Source of the DNA: Patescibacteria group bacterium
GTDB lineage: Bacteria; Patescibacteriota; Patescibacteriia; UBA9934
Reading direction: 5' to 3'
Length of the DNA: 64,000 nucleotides
NCBI GenBank assembly: GCA_041661425.1
Contig: JBAZUI010000002.1
Location: forward strand, 38 to 64,037
Notes under the pieces: generated by a model
Database searches by the model: none
What the model was told of the DNA's origin: nothing
What the model saw: the letters and a program-made list of their open reading frames with translations, nothing else
Made by a program: the position numbers and the translations under genes
In this document: positions 36,492 to 46,997 of the stretch, piece after piece
How positions within the stretch are numbered: the first letter of the stretch is position 1
Layout: each line of letters opens with the position of its first letter

Positions 36492-39377
36492 TCAAAGAGA
36501 TGATGCGGGGTCGGTGACAAGAACTCGGACAGGCGAAGTGTCAATGAGGCTTCCGCCCGTGCTTGCTTGTGCGGTGAGAATGTAATCACCGGCACTTGGA
36601 AGCGTCCAGGTGAAAGTTGCAAAGTTTTCCGGATTGTAAACAGTCCCAATGGTCGCAACGCTCCCGGTGACGGCATTTGTCGCCTTGAGTGTTAAAGAAT
36701 CGTAGGTGTCGATATCTCTTCCCTCAACCACCACCGTATAAGTTGGCTGTGTTTTCTCAATGGTTTGGCTATTAAATGGATTGGTGATATTGAATCGCGT
36801 ATAACTACCAGAGGATGTGATTGAAAGCTCGACGCTATCAGCATTTTTATTATCGACGTCATCGTAGGCCACGGCATTGAGGACGTGTAATCCTGATTCG
36901 ACCCAGCTTGGGAGCGTTATCGTTGTTCCAGATCGACTGGTTGATGTCTGAACATACTCATCATTGATGTAATACTCAACACGTGAGACTCCTCGAGGAG
37001 CGGAAGTGGAAATCGAGACATTAAAACTACTGCCCACGCTATCGCGGTTATCTGGGGAGAGGATTTCGATGGTTGGTTGATTCCCCGGGACGTGGACATC
37101 ATCATATTCAGTGGGAACATCACAATTTTCCATGGCAACTTCGCCATCCGCAAGGCTGGCATTACGCTCGGCAATATAGCTTTGAACTGCAGATTCCCAG
37201 TAATTGAAATAAGGGTCTTTTTCCGGGTTGCTTGGGATAGCGCCGAGCGGATTCGAACGATCAACGTAATAGAGAATATCGTGATATTCGCCGCACATCA
37301 CTGTTTTTTTGAAGCGATCTGGCGTGGCTTCGGTTGCGAGTTTCCCGGAAGCGGTATCAATTGTGACGGTTGTTGTTGGCATTTGGCCATCGAGTACAGC
37401 TTTTCCGGTTGTTGGAATGGATGGGCTTGGGAAATATTCAATGGGCGTTCCATCGAGAGAAGATCGCATGAATGAATTCCAAATTGGACCGGCAACAACC
37501 GATCCGTCAGCTCCGCGTTTCATGGCCGTGCCATCGGTGTTTCCAACCCAAACACCTGCGGCAAGCGATGGAGTGTATCCAACGGTCCAAGCATCCTTAT
37601 AATCATTTGTGGTTCCAGTTTTCACCCCAACCGGGCGCGATCCAAGGGTTAAATAACTGCTGGCACCGAAAATATAGGTGCGTGCTTCATTGTCGGAAAG
37701 GACATTGGAAATCATATTGGCGATATTCGCCTCAAGAACCTGTGATCCTTCTTCCTCGAGTTTATTTTCGTAGAGGATATTCGCTTTCGAGTCTTCAACT
37801 TTTAGAATTGAGAGCGGTTCGTGATACTTTCCTTCATCGGCAAAGACCCCAAAAGCCGCCACATGGTCGATGAGTTTGACTTCAGCGCCGCCCAAAACAA
37901 TGGCAAGTCCGAAATTCGACCGATCTTCAAATGTCGTATAACCAAGGCGTTCGGCAAAGTCGAGTGCATTGGAAACGCCCACAAGATAGAGCGTCTTTAC
38001 CGCTGGAATATTGAGTGATCCCTGGAGAGCCTTTCGCATGGTGAGAAGCCCATATTCTTTGAGTGTATAGTTTTTTGGCTCATACATCCCGGTCGACGTG
38101 GGGAATTGGGTTTCAACATCCCAAAGAAGAGTATTCGGGGTATATCCCTTTTCGAATGCGGCCGCGTAAACAATTGGCTTAAAACTACTTCCCGGTTGCA
38201 AGGGTTGCAACGTGACATTTACTTGACCTTGAATGTCGTCATTGAAGTAGTCGACGGAGCCAACCATGGCAAGAATTTCACCCGTGTTTGGGTCGAGAGC
38301 AAGGAGACCGGCATTATTGAAGCCATAAGAGGTTCCTTTTGCATCGACCGTATCTTTCACGGCCTCTTCTGCATAAATTTGTTTCTCATAATCAAGTGTC
38401 GTGATGACGCGAAGTCCGCCTTGTTCGACCTCGGCCTCACCGAATTTTTCGACTAATTGTTCTTTGACCCAAAGGACAAAGTGCGGAGCAACCATATTGG
38501 AGATGTTGACGCGCACCGGAGTTTCCTCAGCAAGAGCGGCGTCAAGTTCCTCCTGAGTGATAAAGCCCAATTCCAACATGTCTCCGAGAATCCAATCTCG
38601 TCGACCCTTTAATTCTTCTGGATTATTAAGGAAAAAGCTTGGTCGATTAGGGAGAGCAGCGAGGGTTGCGGCTTCGGCCAGGGTGACATCGCTGATGTGT
38701 TTGCCGAAATAGGCTTGCGAGGCTGATTCAATGCCATAGTTCATGGACCCGTATGGGATTTCATTGAGGTAGAGCTGCATGATTTCATCTTTTGTATAGC
38801 GTTTTTCGAGCGCGAGCGACAAAATAATCTCCTTAATTTTCTGAATATAGGATTTTTCATGCGTAAGAATGGCGTTTTCAACAAGTTGTTGCGTAACCGT
38901 TGATGCCCCTTGGCCGGTTGGGTCGAGCGTGATGATATTGTTGATCATGGCGCGGATAATCCCCTTGATATCGATTCCGCCATGTTCGTAGAATTTTCGA
39001 TCTTCTGCGGTGATGGTCGCCTCAACCATGTAGGAGGGGATATCTGTCAGTTGAACAAGTGTGCGCTTTTCTGAGCCTGAAATTTCATACAGAAGATGCT
39101 CGCCCGTGCGATCGTAAATTTTTGTCGATTGCGCCACTTCGCGAATTGTGAGGGAATTTGGATCAGGAAGATCGCGTGAAAACCAAGCAAAGAGTCCCAA
39201 GAAGGCAATGGTGCCAAAAAGACAAAGTGCGATGCCCAAAAGCAGGACATTCTTAACAAACGCCCTTCTTGTGTGTTTATTGTGGAAAAAGCACTTGAAA
39301 AGTCGTTTTAGGAACGACCCGCTCGAGCGCACTCGCTCGGTTGCCCAGCTATGCCGGGATTTGAAGAATCGATTCAT
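36492..39377 (-). CDS. Class A penicillin-binding protein (PBP1A: glycosyltransferase GT51 plus transpeptidase) with a C-terminal Ig-like extension
   Basis: GT51 motifs (EDRKFYEHGGID, GASTVTQQL), TP motifs SSFKP (SxxK), SLN, KTGTT; N-terminal TM anchor; 961 aa. Confidence 0.9.
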   Translation of the reverse strand: MNRFFKSRHSWATERVRSSGSFLKRLFKCFFHNKHTRRAFVKNVLLLGIALCLFGTIAFLGLFAWFSRDLPDPNSLTIREVAQSTKIYDRTGEHLLYEISGSEKRTLVQLTDIPSYMVEATITAEDRKFYEHGGIDIKGIIRAMINNIITLDPTGQGASTVTQQLVENAILTHEKSYIQKIKEIILSLALEKRYTKDEIMQLYLNEIPYGSMNYGIESASQAYFGKHISDVTLAEAATLAALPNRPSFFLNNPEELKGRRDWILGDMLELGFITQEELDAALAEETPVRVNISNMVAPHFVLWVKEQLVEKFGEAEVEQGGLRVITTLDYEKQIYAEEAVKDTVDAKGTSYGFNNAGLLALDPNTGEILAMVGSVDYFNDDIQGQVNVTLQPLQPGSSFKPIVYAAAFEKGYTPNTLLWDVETQFPTSTGMYEPKNYTLKEYGLLTMRKALQGSLNIPAVKTLYLVGVSNALDFAERLGYTTFEDRSNFGLAIVLGGAEVKLIDHVAAFGVFADEGKYHEPLSILKVEDSKANILYENKLEEEGSQVLEANIANMISNVLSDNEARTYIFGASSYLTLGSRPVGVKTGTTNDYKDAWTVGYTPSLAAGVWVGNTDGTAMKRGADGSVVAGPIWNSFMRSSLDGTPIEYFPSPSIPTTGKAVLDGQMPTTTVTIDTASGKLATEATPDRFKKTVMCGEYHDILYYVDRSNPLGAIPSNPEKDPYFNYWESAVQSYIAERNASLADGEVAMENCDVPTEYDDVHVPGNQPTIEILSPDNRDSVGSSFNVSISTSAPRGVSRVEYYINDEYVQTSTSRSGTTITLPSWVESGLHVLNAVAYDDVDNKNADSVELSITSSGSYTRFNITNPFNSQTIEKTQPTYTVVVEGRDIDTYDSLTLKATNAVTGSVATIGTVYNPENFATFTWTLPSAGDYILTAQASTGGSLIDTSPVRVLVTDPASSL

Positions 39378-39535
39378 AAGATGTCCTTATTGTAGCAGAA
39401 CACCAGGTTCTCGCAATGGTAAAATTGGTTGATTTTAGCTAAAATTCGCCTTTTTTCATTGACGATTCGTGATTTTCATGATACCCTCTCGTTATCCTTT
39501 GGAATAAATCCCAGAGGTTTTTTAATTGATTTCCT

Positions 39536-40072
39536 ATGAATTTCGCCAAGAAATTGAAAGGGTATGCGCAAATGGTGCTCGCACGCTTTCCTTTTGAAGG
39601 AGGAATTTTTTTGCTTGTTGTCGGGTCTCTTATTTTGGCGCCACTTGCCTCTGCAGACGCACAAGCCATGGAAAAACAAAAGCGTCTTGAGGCGGTATTT
39701 TCCCATGAACAAACAAATAAAAACAAAGCGTTTGGATCATTTCCTCATGCGAACCTTCGTTTGCCGGCACAAGCCACGACAATTCCAGTGACTGCCTATA
39801 ATTCCGTGACCTGGCAAACCGATTCAACTCCCTGTATTGGAGCGCAAGGAACTGATATTTGTAGCTTTTTGGATGAGGGAAGTAATACTTGCGCGGCTAA
39901 CTTCGTTCCATTAGGGACAAAATTGCATGTGGAAGGACTCGGAACGTGTGTGGTACGGGATCGAATGAATGATCGATATTACTATCGGGTTGACTGGTAC
40001 ATGGGTGAAGACATCACAAGTGCAAAACAATTTGGTGTTCAATACAAGGAGGTTGGCGTCTACCCATCATAA
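39536..40072 (+). CDS. 3D-domain (MltA/RlpA-like) cell-wall protein with signal peptide
   Basis: C-terminal VTAYNSV...PLGTKLHVEGLGTCVVRDRMNDRYY..VD resembles the 3D domain. Confidence 0.6.
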   Translation: MNFAKKLKGYAQMVLARFPFEGGIFLLVVGSLILAPLASADAQAMEKQKRLEAVFSHEQTNKNKAFGSFPHANLRLPAQATTIPVTAYNSVTWQTDSTPCIGAQGTDICSFLDEGSNTCAANFVPLGTKLHVEGLGTCVVRDRMNDRYYYRVDWYMGEDITSAKQFGVQYKEVGVYPS

Positions 40073-40154
40073 TTACTTCAAAATACGGCATTGTGTGCCG
40101 TATTTTGTTATGCTAGAGTGAAACTATTAAAGAGCCTCCATTAATGATTTTTTT

Positions 40155-40727
40155 ATGAAGAAACTCCTTATTCCTCTTGTTGGGCTTCTGTTTCTTGGCG
40201 CTGGTTGTCTTGGGTTCGGTTCTGGCGGGCAAGCGATTGTTGGCGATTGGTGGCTTAATTTTTCACTTCCACAAGGCTGGGTCGTTACTCGTGACTATCG
40301 CGCATCGGACGCGACCGCAAAATTAAATACGGAAATTGATTCAAGTCTTTCAGATCTTGTGATCCAGAGTACAGATAAGCTCATTTTAACATCCGGTCAG
40401 GCCGCTGACCTTTCTGGTGGCAATACCGCTGATCAATATATCAATGAGAACTATACAGCGATTCGCGTTTTCCATCTTGACGCGCGTAGCATTGTTCCGT
40501 CCGAAGCAGAGGATATTGGTGATGGATTCAAAAAACTCGATCTCTGTGCCACGAGTGAGACGTGTACTTACGACGGTTCAAGCCGATACGTTTATTATTT
40601 TGAGACTGGAGTCGAGAAATTCAAATTTACGATCCTGCAGAATGGGCAGACAATTGATGTTGCTGAATCGACAATAAAGACCGCGCAACTTGTTACGGCG
40701 TTCACTGAGGATCAGTCCGCAGAATAA
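40155..40727 (+). CDS. Lipoprotein, hypothetical
   Basis: Signal peptide plus lipobox LGAGC. Confidence 0.45.
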   Translation: MKKLLIPLVGLLFLGAGCLGFGSGGQAIVGDWWLNFSLPQGWVVTRDYRASDATAKLNTEIDSSLSDLVIQSTDKLILTSGQAADLSGGNTADQYINENYTAIRVFHLDARSIVPSEAEDIGDGFKKLDLCATSETCTYDGSSRYVYYFETGVEKFKFTILQNGQTIDVAESTIKTAQLVTAFTEDQSAE

Positions 40728-40741
40728 GGGTAAAAGAAAAT

Positions 40742-40766
40742 CCGCGATTGACTTCGCGGGTTTTTG
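40742..40766 (+). terminator. Intrinsic terminator CCGCGA-ttgactt-TCGCGG-gTTTTT
   Basis: Read directly after the lipoprotein gene. Confidence 0.6.
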
Positions 40767-40823
40767 TTGCGCCAATATCTGGCAGGCTTGCAATGCCTTT
40801 GTACGAGAATTTCAGCTTTTTTA

Positions 40824-40899
40824 TGGAGGCCACGGCCGGAGTTGAACCGGCGCATAGCGGTTTTGCAGACCGCCGCGTTAACCACTTCGCCACGTGGCC
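40824..40899 (-). tRNA. tRNA-Cys (anticodon GCA)
   Basis: The revcomp GGCCACG...CGTGGCCTCCA folds as a cloverleaf; anticodon loop CTGCAAA; T-loop TTCAACT. Confidence 0.85.
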
Positions 40900-40943
40900 A
40901 AAAGGTAGACCGATCGTAGCAAAAAAATTGAGTCTTTGCAAGA

Positions 40944-41402
40944 TTAGGAACGATGTTCTTGAAGAATCCGAATGATTTGATCGGTTGGGAGGGAAGCGAG
41001 ATTTTTTGGCACGAGAGCCGAAATGCGAGCGGCAACATCGGCATGCATGGCGTCCTGGATTTCGACTTTATGCGCTTCAGGAGCGCAAAGGACAATGTCA
41101 AGTTCACGATTCGCCTCGACTTCTCGTAATAAATAGTCGCTTAAATTTTTATAAAGTGCCAATCGAAGGCTATTTTTAATTTCATCAATATCCGGTGGCC
41201 CATCATTCGGGGTTCCGGATCCGCGTCCTTGAATTTCAGGTTTTTGGATGAGTAAGAGGTTCACTTCGTCGATGGTATGATCTTTTGCGCGGAAAATTTT
41301 TGCTGATTCGTTATTTGTGACAACAATGAGGGTCTCATGCTCGTAGGCAGAATAGTGTTCGGAGATTTGCATATAAAGACATTGTAACAAAAATTTACTC
41401 AC
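40944..41402 (-). CDS. Hypothetical protein (possibly host-attachment / eRF1-like family)
   Basis: Only a weak resemblance, recalled from memory; no motif certain. Confidence 0.3.
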   Translation of the reverse strand: MSKFLLQCLYMQISEHYSAYEHETLIVVTNNESAKIFRAKDHTIDEVNLLLIQKPEIQGRGSGTPNDGPPDIDEIKNSLRLALYKNLSDYLLREVEANRELDIVLCAPEAHKVEIQDAMHADVAARISALVPKNLASLPTDQIIRILQEHRS

Positions 41403-41493
41403 TTTGCATGCGCGTAAGGCTCATGTATACTAAAAATAATGTCGCAAGGAAGAGGCGAATTCGGATTGTCACGACTTTCTTCCTGAATTTCAT

Positions 41494-42489
41494 ATGCTTT
41501 TGCATCGAATTGGAAAAGTTCGCGCCGCAGAATTTCCACCCAATATCGAGTGGTTGAATTCAAAGCCTCTCAAGATGAAAGAACTCTTGGGAAAAGTTGT
41601 TTTACTTGATTTTTGGACGTTCTCTTGCGCAAATTGTTTAAGAGTCGTGCATTTTCTACTTGATTGGCAAAAGAAATATGAGAGTCAAGGCTTGGTCGTG
41701 ATTGGCGTTCATTCTCCGGAATTTGCTTTTGAAAAAGAAAAGGAAAACGTTGAGTGCGCGATTGATCGCCTAGGGATTACCTATCCTGTGGCGCTTGACC
41801 CGGATTATAAAATTTGGAATCTTTATGCCAATCGTTGGTGGCCACGGAGTTTTGTTGTGGATCATCGTGGGTACATTGAATATGATCATATTGGTGAACG
41901 AGGGTATGCCGAAACCGAATCTGCGATTCAGGCCGCTCTTGCCGCCATTGGCGCAAAAGATCTTCCGGCGATCACTCCGGATCCGCTCATTGGTGGAGGA
42001 ATTTGCTATCGCGTAACTCCAGAAACGTATTTGGGTTTTTTGCGTGGACGTTATGGGAATGGCATGGATTTGGTGCCAAATGTTGAACATAGTTTTACTG
42101 ATCAAGGAAATCACGAAGAAGATTTGGTGTATTTGCATGGTCATTGGCTTGTTGGCGGGGAATTCATTGCTCATGCGCGTGATCTTTCGGCTCCGACGGA
42201 ATACATTCTCGTGAAATATGGTGCATTTGCCGTAAATGCTGTTTTAAAACCCTATCAGGGCGGAAAAGCTGAGGTCGAGGTGACATTCGATGGAATGCCA
42301 TTACCAAAGGAGATTGCCGGAATTGACATTGTTTATCGAGGAGATCAATCGATTGTTAAAGTCACTGAGTCGCGACTCTATCAACTTGTAAATTCAGAGC
42401 GTTATCATCGGGGAACATTGAAAATCAGTACAAAATCATCAAATATTGCCATGTATGCCCTGACCTTTGGCGGATGTAAAGATATCTAA
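41494..42489 (+). CDS. Thioredoxin-fold redoxin (TlpA/ResA-like thiol-disulfide oxidoreductase) with a C-terminal extension
   Basis: GKVVLLDFWTFSCANCLRVVHFL with a CxxC active site; AhpC/TSA-type fold. Confidence 0.7.
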   Translation: MLLHRIGKVRAAEFPPNIEWLNSKPLKMKELLGKVVLLDFWTFSCANCLRVVHFLLDWQKKYESQGLVVIGVHSPEFAFEKEKENVECAIDRLGITYPVALDPDYKIWNLYANRWWPRSFVVDHRGYIEYDHIGERGYAETESAIQAALAAIGAKDLPAITPDPLIGGGICYRVTPETYLGFLRGRYGNGMDLVPNVEHSFTDQGNHEEDLVYLHGHWLVGGEFIAHARDLSAPTEYILVKYGAFAVNAVLKPYQGGKAEVEVTFDGMPLPKEIAGIDIVYRGDQSIVKVTESRLYQLVNSERYHRGTLKISTKSSNIAMYALTFGGCKDI

Positions 42490-42537
42490 TCGCACTCAAT
42501 TGACGGAGGGCGATTTTTTGTTTATGATTATTTTCTT

Positions 42538-43740
42538 ATGGAAAAGCCATCCATCTACGTTGATTACGCCGCAAGCACGCCGCTCGATGAGCGTGTTCTC
42601 CAAACAATGAAACCGTATTTTACGGACAATTTTGGCAATTCCTCAAGTTTCCATAAAATAGGAATGCATGCAAAAGAGGCGCTTGATTCGGCTCGAAAGA
42701 GCGTGGCAACTTCTCTTGGGGCTCGACCGCAGGAAATCATTTTTACAAGCGGAGGAACGGAAGCAGACAATTTAGCCATTCTTGGATTTGCGCGAAAAAA
42801 TAAAGAAGCCGGAAATCATATTATTGTAAGCGCAGCCGAGCATAAAGCGATTTTGGAACCAGCGATAGCATTAAAAAAGGAGGGGTTTGACGTTACAATT
42901 CTTGAAACCGATGCATTTGGGATGGTTTCTCGAGAATTGGTTCTCGCTTCAATGAGGCCCGAGACGATCCTTGTATCCGTTATTTATGGGAATAACGAGG
43001 TGGGAACACTGAATCCCATTCAAAAAATTGGGGCGGGGATTCGAAAATATCGTGAGGCACAAAAATCGTTGTATCCGGTTTTTCATACGGATGCCTGTCA
43101 GATTGCCGGTACGGAAGAGATGAATGTTCAAAAGATCAATGTGGACATGATGAGTGTGAATGGGGGCAAAATGTCTGGGCCAAAAGGAGTCGGGTGCCTC
43201 TCTGCACGTCAAGGAGTCAAGATTGAGCCACTTCAATATGGAGGCGGGCAAGAGCAAGGTCGTCGACCGGGTACAGAGAATGTTGCGGCCATTGTTGGTT
43301 TTGCTGAGGCGCTTCATTACGCGGTTCAAGAAGGGGCGACGGAAAAACAGAGGTTAACGGATCTTCGCGATTATTTGGTTAAAGGACTGAAAAAGTCTAT
43401 TCCGCATATTCGTCTCAACGGCCATCCAAAAGAACGATTAGCAAACAATGTTAACCTTTCTTTTTGCGATGTGGAGGGTGAAGCACTGCTTTTATACCTC
43501 GATGCCGAAGGAATTTTTGCATCCACGGGTTCTGCGTGTACAAGTGCTTCACTCGATCCGAGTCATGTTATTTTGGCTCTTGGATTGCCACCGGAAGTGG
43601 CGCACAGCAGTCTTCGAATGACGCTCGGACGCTCAACAACGAAAGAAGATCTTGATGTCATCATTTCAGTTTTACCGCAAGTCGTTGAGAAATTGCGTGC
43701 GATGAGTCCAAAATCCGGTAACGAGCGTTTTTATGAATAA
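42538..43740 (+). CDS. iscS: Cysteine desulfurase (IscS/NifS)
   Basis: PLP-lysine region (SVNGGKMSGPKGVG), active-site Cys loop (STGSACTS). Confidence 0.9.
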   Translation: MEKPSIYVDYAASTPLDERVLQTMKPYFTDNFGNSSSFHKIGMHAKEALDSARKSVATSLGARPQEIIFTSGGTEADNLAILGFARKNKEAGNHIIVSAAEHKAILEPAIALKKEGFDVTILETDAFGMVSRELVLASMRPETILVSVIYGNNEVGTLNPIQKIGAGIRKYREAQKSLYPVFHTDACQIAGTEEMNVQKINVDMMSVNGGKMSGPKGVGCLSARQGVKIEPLQYGGGQEQGRRPGTENVAAIVGFAEALHYAVQEGATEKQRLTDLRDYLVKGLKKSIPHIRLNGHPKERLANNVNLSFCDVEGEALLLYLDAEGIFASTGSACTSASLDPSHVILALGLPPEVAHSSLRMTLGRSTTKEDLDVIISVLPQVVEKLRAMSPKSGNERFYE

Positions 43741-44413
43741 AGCGCCCTACGAAGCCCAGAAGATCGTTGGGGGCGGGGGCGATGTTGTAAGCCAAGATGG
43801 AAAAACATCGTGGTTTTATAGTGAAATCGTGAAAGATCATTTTTTTCACCCAAGAAATTTTCTAGATAGCGAGCCAAAAAATGGGGAATTTAATGCGAGT
43901 GGCCGTGCCGGGTCTCCTGCCTGTGGCGATGAAATGCGCATGTGGCTTTTTATTGATCCCGAGACCGAACGCATCAAAACATGCCGATGGCGAACATTTG
44001 GATGCGGATCGGCCATTGCCGCAACCTCGATGGCTTCGGTATTGGTGACTGAAGGCGATGGCATGACGCTCGAGGAAGCGCGCTCCCTTCGTCCTCAAGA
44101 CGTTATGGAGCATTTGGGTGGATTGCCTGCACGTAAATTTCATTGTTCAGTCCTTTGTGATAAGGCGCTTCGGGATGCTATTAATGATTATCTTTTCAAA
44201 TCAAATCAAGGCTCGCGTGTGATTCTTGAAGCTTCTCGCGTGATCGATTATTCGGCCCGGGTCACTGATCGTGACATTGAAGATGCGGTAAAAGACGGTT
44301 GTCTCACACTCGCACAAGTCGTCGAGCGGACAAAAGTGGGAATTGGCAACAAAAGCGTTATTCCTGAGGTCGAATCTCTCATTCGGTTTTACAAGGAAAA
44401 ATACTTTGGCTAG
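43733..44413 (+). CDS. NifU/IscU-like Fe-S cluster scaffold with C-terminal extension
   Basis: HFFHPRN...GSPACGDEMRMW...FGCGSAIAATS...KFHCSVL: three conserved Cys of the U-type scaffold. Confidence 0.8.
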   Translation: MNKAPYEAQKIVGGGGDVVSQDGKTSWFYSEIVKDHFFHPRNFLDSEPKNGEFNASGRAGSPACGDEMRMWLFIDPETERIKTCRWRTFGCGSAIAATSMASVLVTEGDGMTLEEARSLRPQDVMEHLGGLPARKFHCSVLCDKALRDAINDYLFKSNQGSRVILEASRVIDYSARVTDRDIEDAVKDGCLTLAQVVERTKVGIGNKSVIPEVESLIRFYKEKYFG

Positions 44414-44426
44414 AATGGGGTGAGCT

Positions 44427-44690
44427 ATGAAAATTACCATCAAAGTCGATCCTGATCTTTGCATCGGGGTCGCGAGCTGTGTCGCGGTTTCTCCCAAAGT
44501 GTTTGAGTTGAATGCAGAGAATAAGGCTGTGGTTCTTGAGAAAGAGAGTACAAATCCTTCATCGTATGATCGTACGCTTGAAGTGACGGAAGAAGAAAAG
44601 GAAAACATCCTTTTGGCAGCACAGTCTTGCCCAACGCTTGCGATTTCCTTATTCGACGAAGAAGGGAAGCAATTCTTCCCAGAACTCTAG
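44427..44690 (+). CDS. Small ferredoxin
   Basis: VDPDLCIGVASCVAVSPKVF ... AQSCP cysteine pattern. Confidence 0.6.
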   Translation: MKITIKVDPDLCIGVASCVAVSPKVFELNAENKAVVLEKESTNPSSYDRTLEVTEEEKENILLAAQSCPTLAISLFDEEGKQFFPEL

Positions 44691-44692
44691 AT

Positions 44693-45844
44693 ATGAAGCG
44701 ATTTGTGATCATTGGGGGAGGAATTGCAGGGACAACCGCGGCCGAAACATTACGCAAATTATCTCCTGAGGCAAGCGTCTCTTTGATTGAGCGTGAAGAA
44801 CATCCGCTTTATAGTCGGGTTCTTTTGGCAAAATACGTGATGGGTGAGATTTCACGAGAAAAATTATTTCTCAAAAAGCCGGAATGGTATCAAAAAAATA
44901 ATATTGAGCGATTTGCTGGCGTAGAAGTTGAAAAAATTGATCGTAAAAATCATTTTATTGCAACAAGTGAAGGCCGTGAGATTCCATACGATGTTCTTTT
45001 GATCACGAGCGGGCTGGATGTGAACTTACTCCCTTTTGATCTTAGGGGAATTTGTTATTTGCGGACGCTTGACGATGCAGAATATTTGCGCGGATTAATT
45101 GCTGATCGCGTGGCACAAGGGGAAAAATCCGTTGCCGTGATGGGTGGAAGTTTTATTTCAGGAGAATTTTTGAATATTTTTTCTCATTTCGGGTTCGAAA
45201 TTTCACTAATCCTTCGTTCGGGTTTCTGGTCAAGAAGTTTATCGCCTGAATCACAAAAAATCATTGTTGATCATCTTGAATCAAAGGGAATTCATATATA
45301 TTACTCAAAAGATGATATTGAATGTGAGGGAAAAGAGGAGCTCCAATCTCTCAATTTTGAAAATCAAAAGATTCCGGCCTCTATTCTTGGTGTGGGAATT
45401 GGACTTCATGCGGATTTTTCTCTTTTTGAGGATTCGGGAATCGATGTAGGGAAAGGGATTCTCGCAAATGAATATCTCGAAACCAATGCCCCGGATATTT
45501 TTGCGGCCGGTGACATTGCAGAATTCAATGATCTGACCATCAAACGATCACGCATGGCGCCAAGTTGGACAAGTGCCGTGATGCAAGCGCGCACAGTGGC
45601 GCAAACCATGATGGGTGAGCGAACGCTATTCGAATCGGTCAGCTCGTATGCCACTTGGATTCTTGGGCTCGATATTGTCTTCTTGGGTGACACTTTGCGT
45701 GAAGCCGCAGATGATGTAAAAGTAAATGTATCTTCCGGCAAGAGTGAAGAATTGTTCTATCGAAAAGGAAAATTAGTGGGAGCGGCGCTTATTGGGGACG
45801 TTTCAAGACGTCAGGAGCTCACAAATGAAATCAAAGACAACTAA
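44693..45844 (+). CDS. FAD-dependent pyridine-nucleotide-disulfide oxidoreductase (ferredoxin/rubredoxin reductase-like); the ORF track starts it at 44627
   Basis: GGGIAGTTAAE FAD fold, second Rossmann VMGGSFISGE, AAGDIAEF. Confidence 0.8.
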   Translation: MKRFVIIGGGIAGTTAAETLRKLSPEASVSLIEREEHPLYSRVLLAKYVMGEISREKLFLKKPEWYQKNNIERFAGVEVEKIDRKNHFIATSEGREIPYDVLLITSGLDVNLLPFDLRGICYLRTLDDAEYLRGLIADRVAQGEKSVAVMGGSFISGEFLNIFSHFGFEISLILRSGFWSRSLSPESQKIIVDHLESKGIHIYYSKDDIECEGKEELQSLNFENQKIPASILGVGIGLHADFSLFEDSGIDVGKGILANEYLETNAPDIFAAGDIAEFNDLTIKRSRMAPSWTSAVMQARTVAQTMMGERTLFESVSSYATWILGLDIVFLGDTLREAADDVKVNVSSGKSEELFYRKGKLVGAALIGDVSRRQELTNEIKDN

Positions 45845-45852
45845 CTGATTTT

Positions 45853-46914
45853 ATGTTGGACACACAGAAAACCTATGCCACGTTCGATAAGGAGGAATTG
45901 AGCTTTGGTATTGAGCATTTGCCAGAGCAAGTGAAAATCGCTTGGGAAGAGACGCGTTCTCTATCAATTCCATCAAATTATCGGTTATGCGATCGTATTG
46001 TGGTGATTGGGATGGGAGGCTCTGCGCTTGGGCCGCATATCGTACAATCTGTCTTTTTCTCTCGATTGAAGGTTCCGCTTGAGGTTGTACGAGGATATAC
46101 CATTCCCGCATCCGTGAATGCAAAAACATTAGTGATTCTTTCGAGTTTCTCGGGTGGTACCGAGGAAGTCCTCGCGGCCGCCAAAGAAGCACGTCGACAT
46201 CGAGCAAAAATGGTGGTGATTGCAACCGGTGGCGCACTTTTAAGCTTTGCCAAGCGTGAACATATTCCATTTTACGCGTTCAAGCCCGGTGATTTGGCAA
46301 AGGAACCTCGCCTTGGCGTTGGATTTTCCATGATTGGGATCGTGGGAATCCTCGAGCGCGCTGGTTTTTTAAAAGTCGCGACCGGTGAAATCCGTCATAT
46401 GACTCAGGCCATGAGTGAAGTGGTTGAGGGAAGCCGATTGGAGATAAAAACCGAGAAGAATGCGGCAAAAACAACAGCCTTAGAACTGAAGGGTCGGAAT
46501 ATTTTAGTGGTCGCTTCGGAACATTTGACCGGGAATGCACATTTGCTTGTGAATCAAATCAATGAGGTCGCAAAGCAGATGGCATTTTATGCGGAAATTC
46601 CCGAGCTCAATCATCATTTGATGGAAGGGCTTACCTATCCAAAAGATAATTTTTCCGGCTGGACCGTGCTCATGCTTCATTCGAGTCTCTACTATCCTCG
46701 CATTGAAAAACGGTATTCCATTACTGCGGATATTTTTGAAAAACAAGGTGGAACTGTGATTGATTATGAGGTGGGAGGAGGATCGGTATTGGAAGAGAGT
46801 GGTGAAGTGATGCAGTTTGGAAGTTTTGTGGCTTATTATTTGGCAATGCTCAATGAAGTCAATCCAAAAGAAATTCCTTTTGTGAAGTTTTTTAAGGACG
46901 CGATGGGAAAATAG
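45853..46914 (+). CDS. Bifunctional phosphoglucose/phosphomannose isomerase (SIS-domain PGI/PMI family)
   Basis: VVIGMGGSALGPH, ILSSFSGGTEE, and conserved C-terminal catalytic region. Confidence 0.8.
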   Translation: MLDTQKTYATFDKEELSFGIEHLPEQVKIAWEETRSLSIPSNYRLCDRIVVIGMGGSALGPHIVQSVFFSRLKVPLEVVRGYTIPASVNAKTLVILSSFSGGTEEVLAAAKEARRHRAKMVVIATGGALLSFAKREHIPFYAFKPGDLAKEPRLGVGFSMIGIVGILERAGFLKVATGEIRHMTQAMSEVVEGSRLEIKTEKNAAKTTALELKGRNILVVASEHLTGNAHLLVNQINEVAKQMAFYAEIPELNHHLMEGLTYPKDNFSGWTVLMLHSSLYYPRIEKRYSITADIFEKQGGTVIDYEVGGGSVLEESGEVMQFGSFVAYYLAMLNEVNPKEIPFVKFFKDAMGK

Positions 46915-46963
46915 TCTCTAAGAACGACAAAACCCCTGATCTCAAAGCGAGATTCCAGGGGTT

Positions 46964-46997
46964 GAGCGCCGAGCGAGTTCGCTCGGCGTTATTTCTT
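46964..46997. terminator. Bidirectional terminator cgccgagcga-gt-tcgctcggcg plus T run, shared by PGI/PMI (+) and the GC-rich gene (-)
   Basis: 10-bp GC inverted repeat; marks the left boundary of the GC-rich island. Confidence 0.6.
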
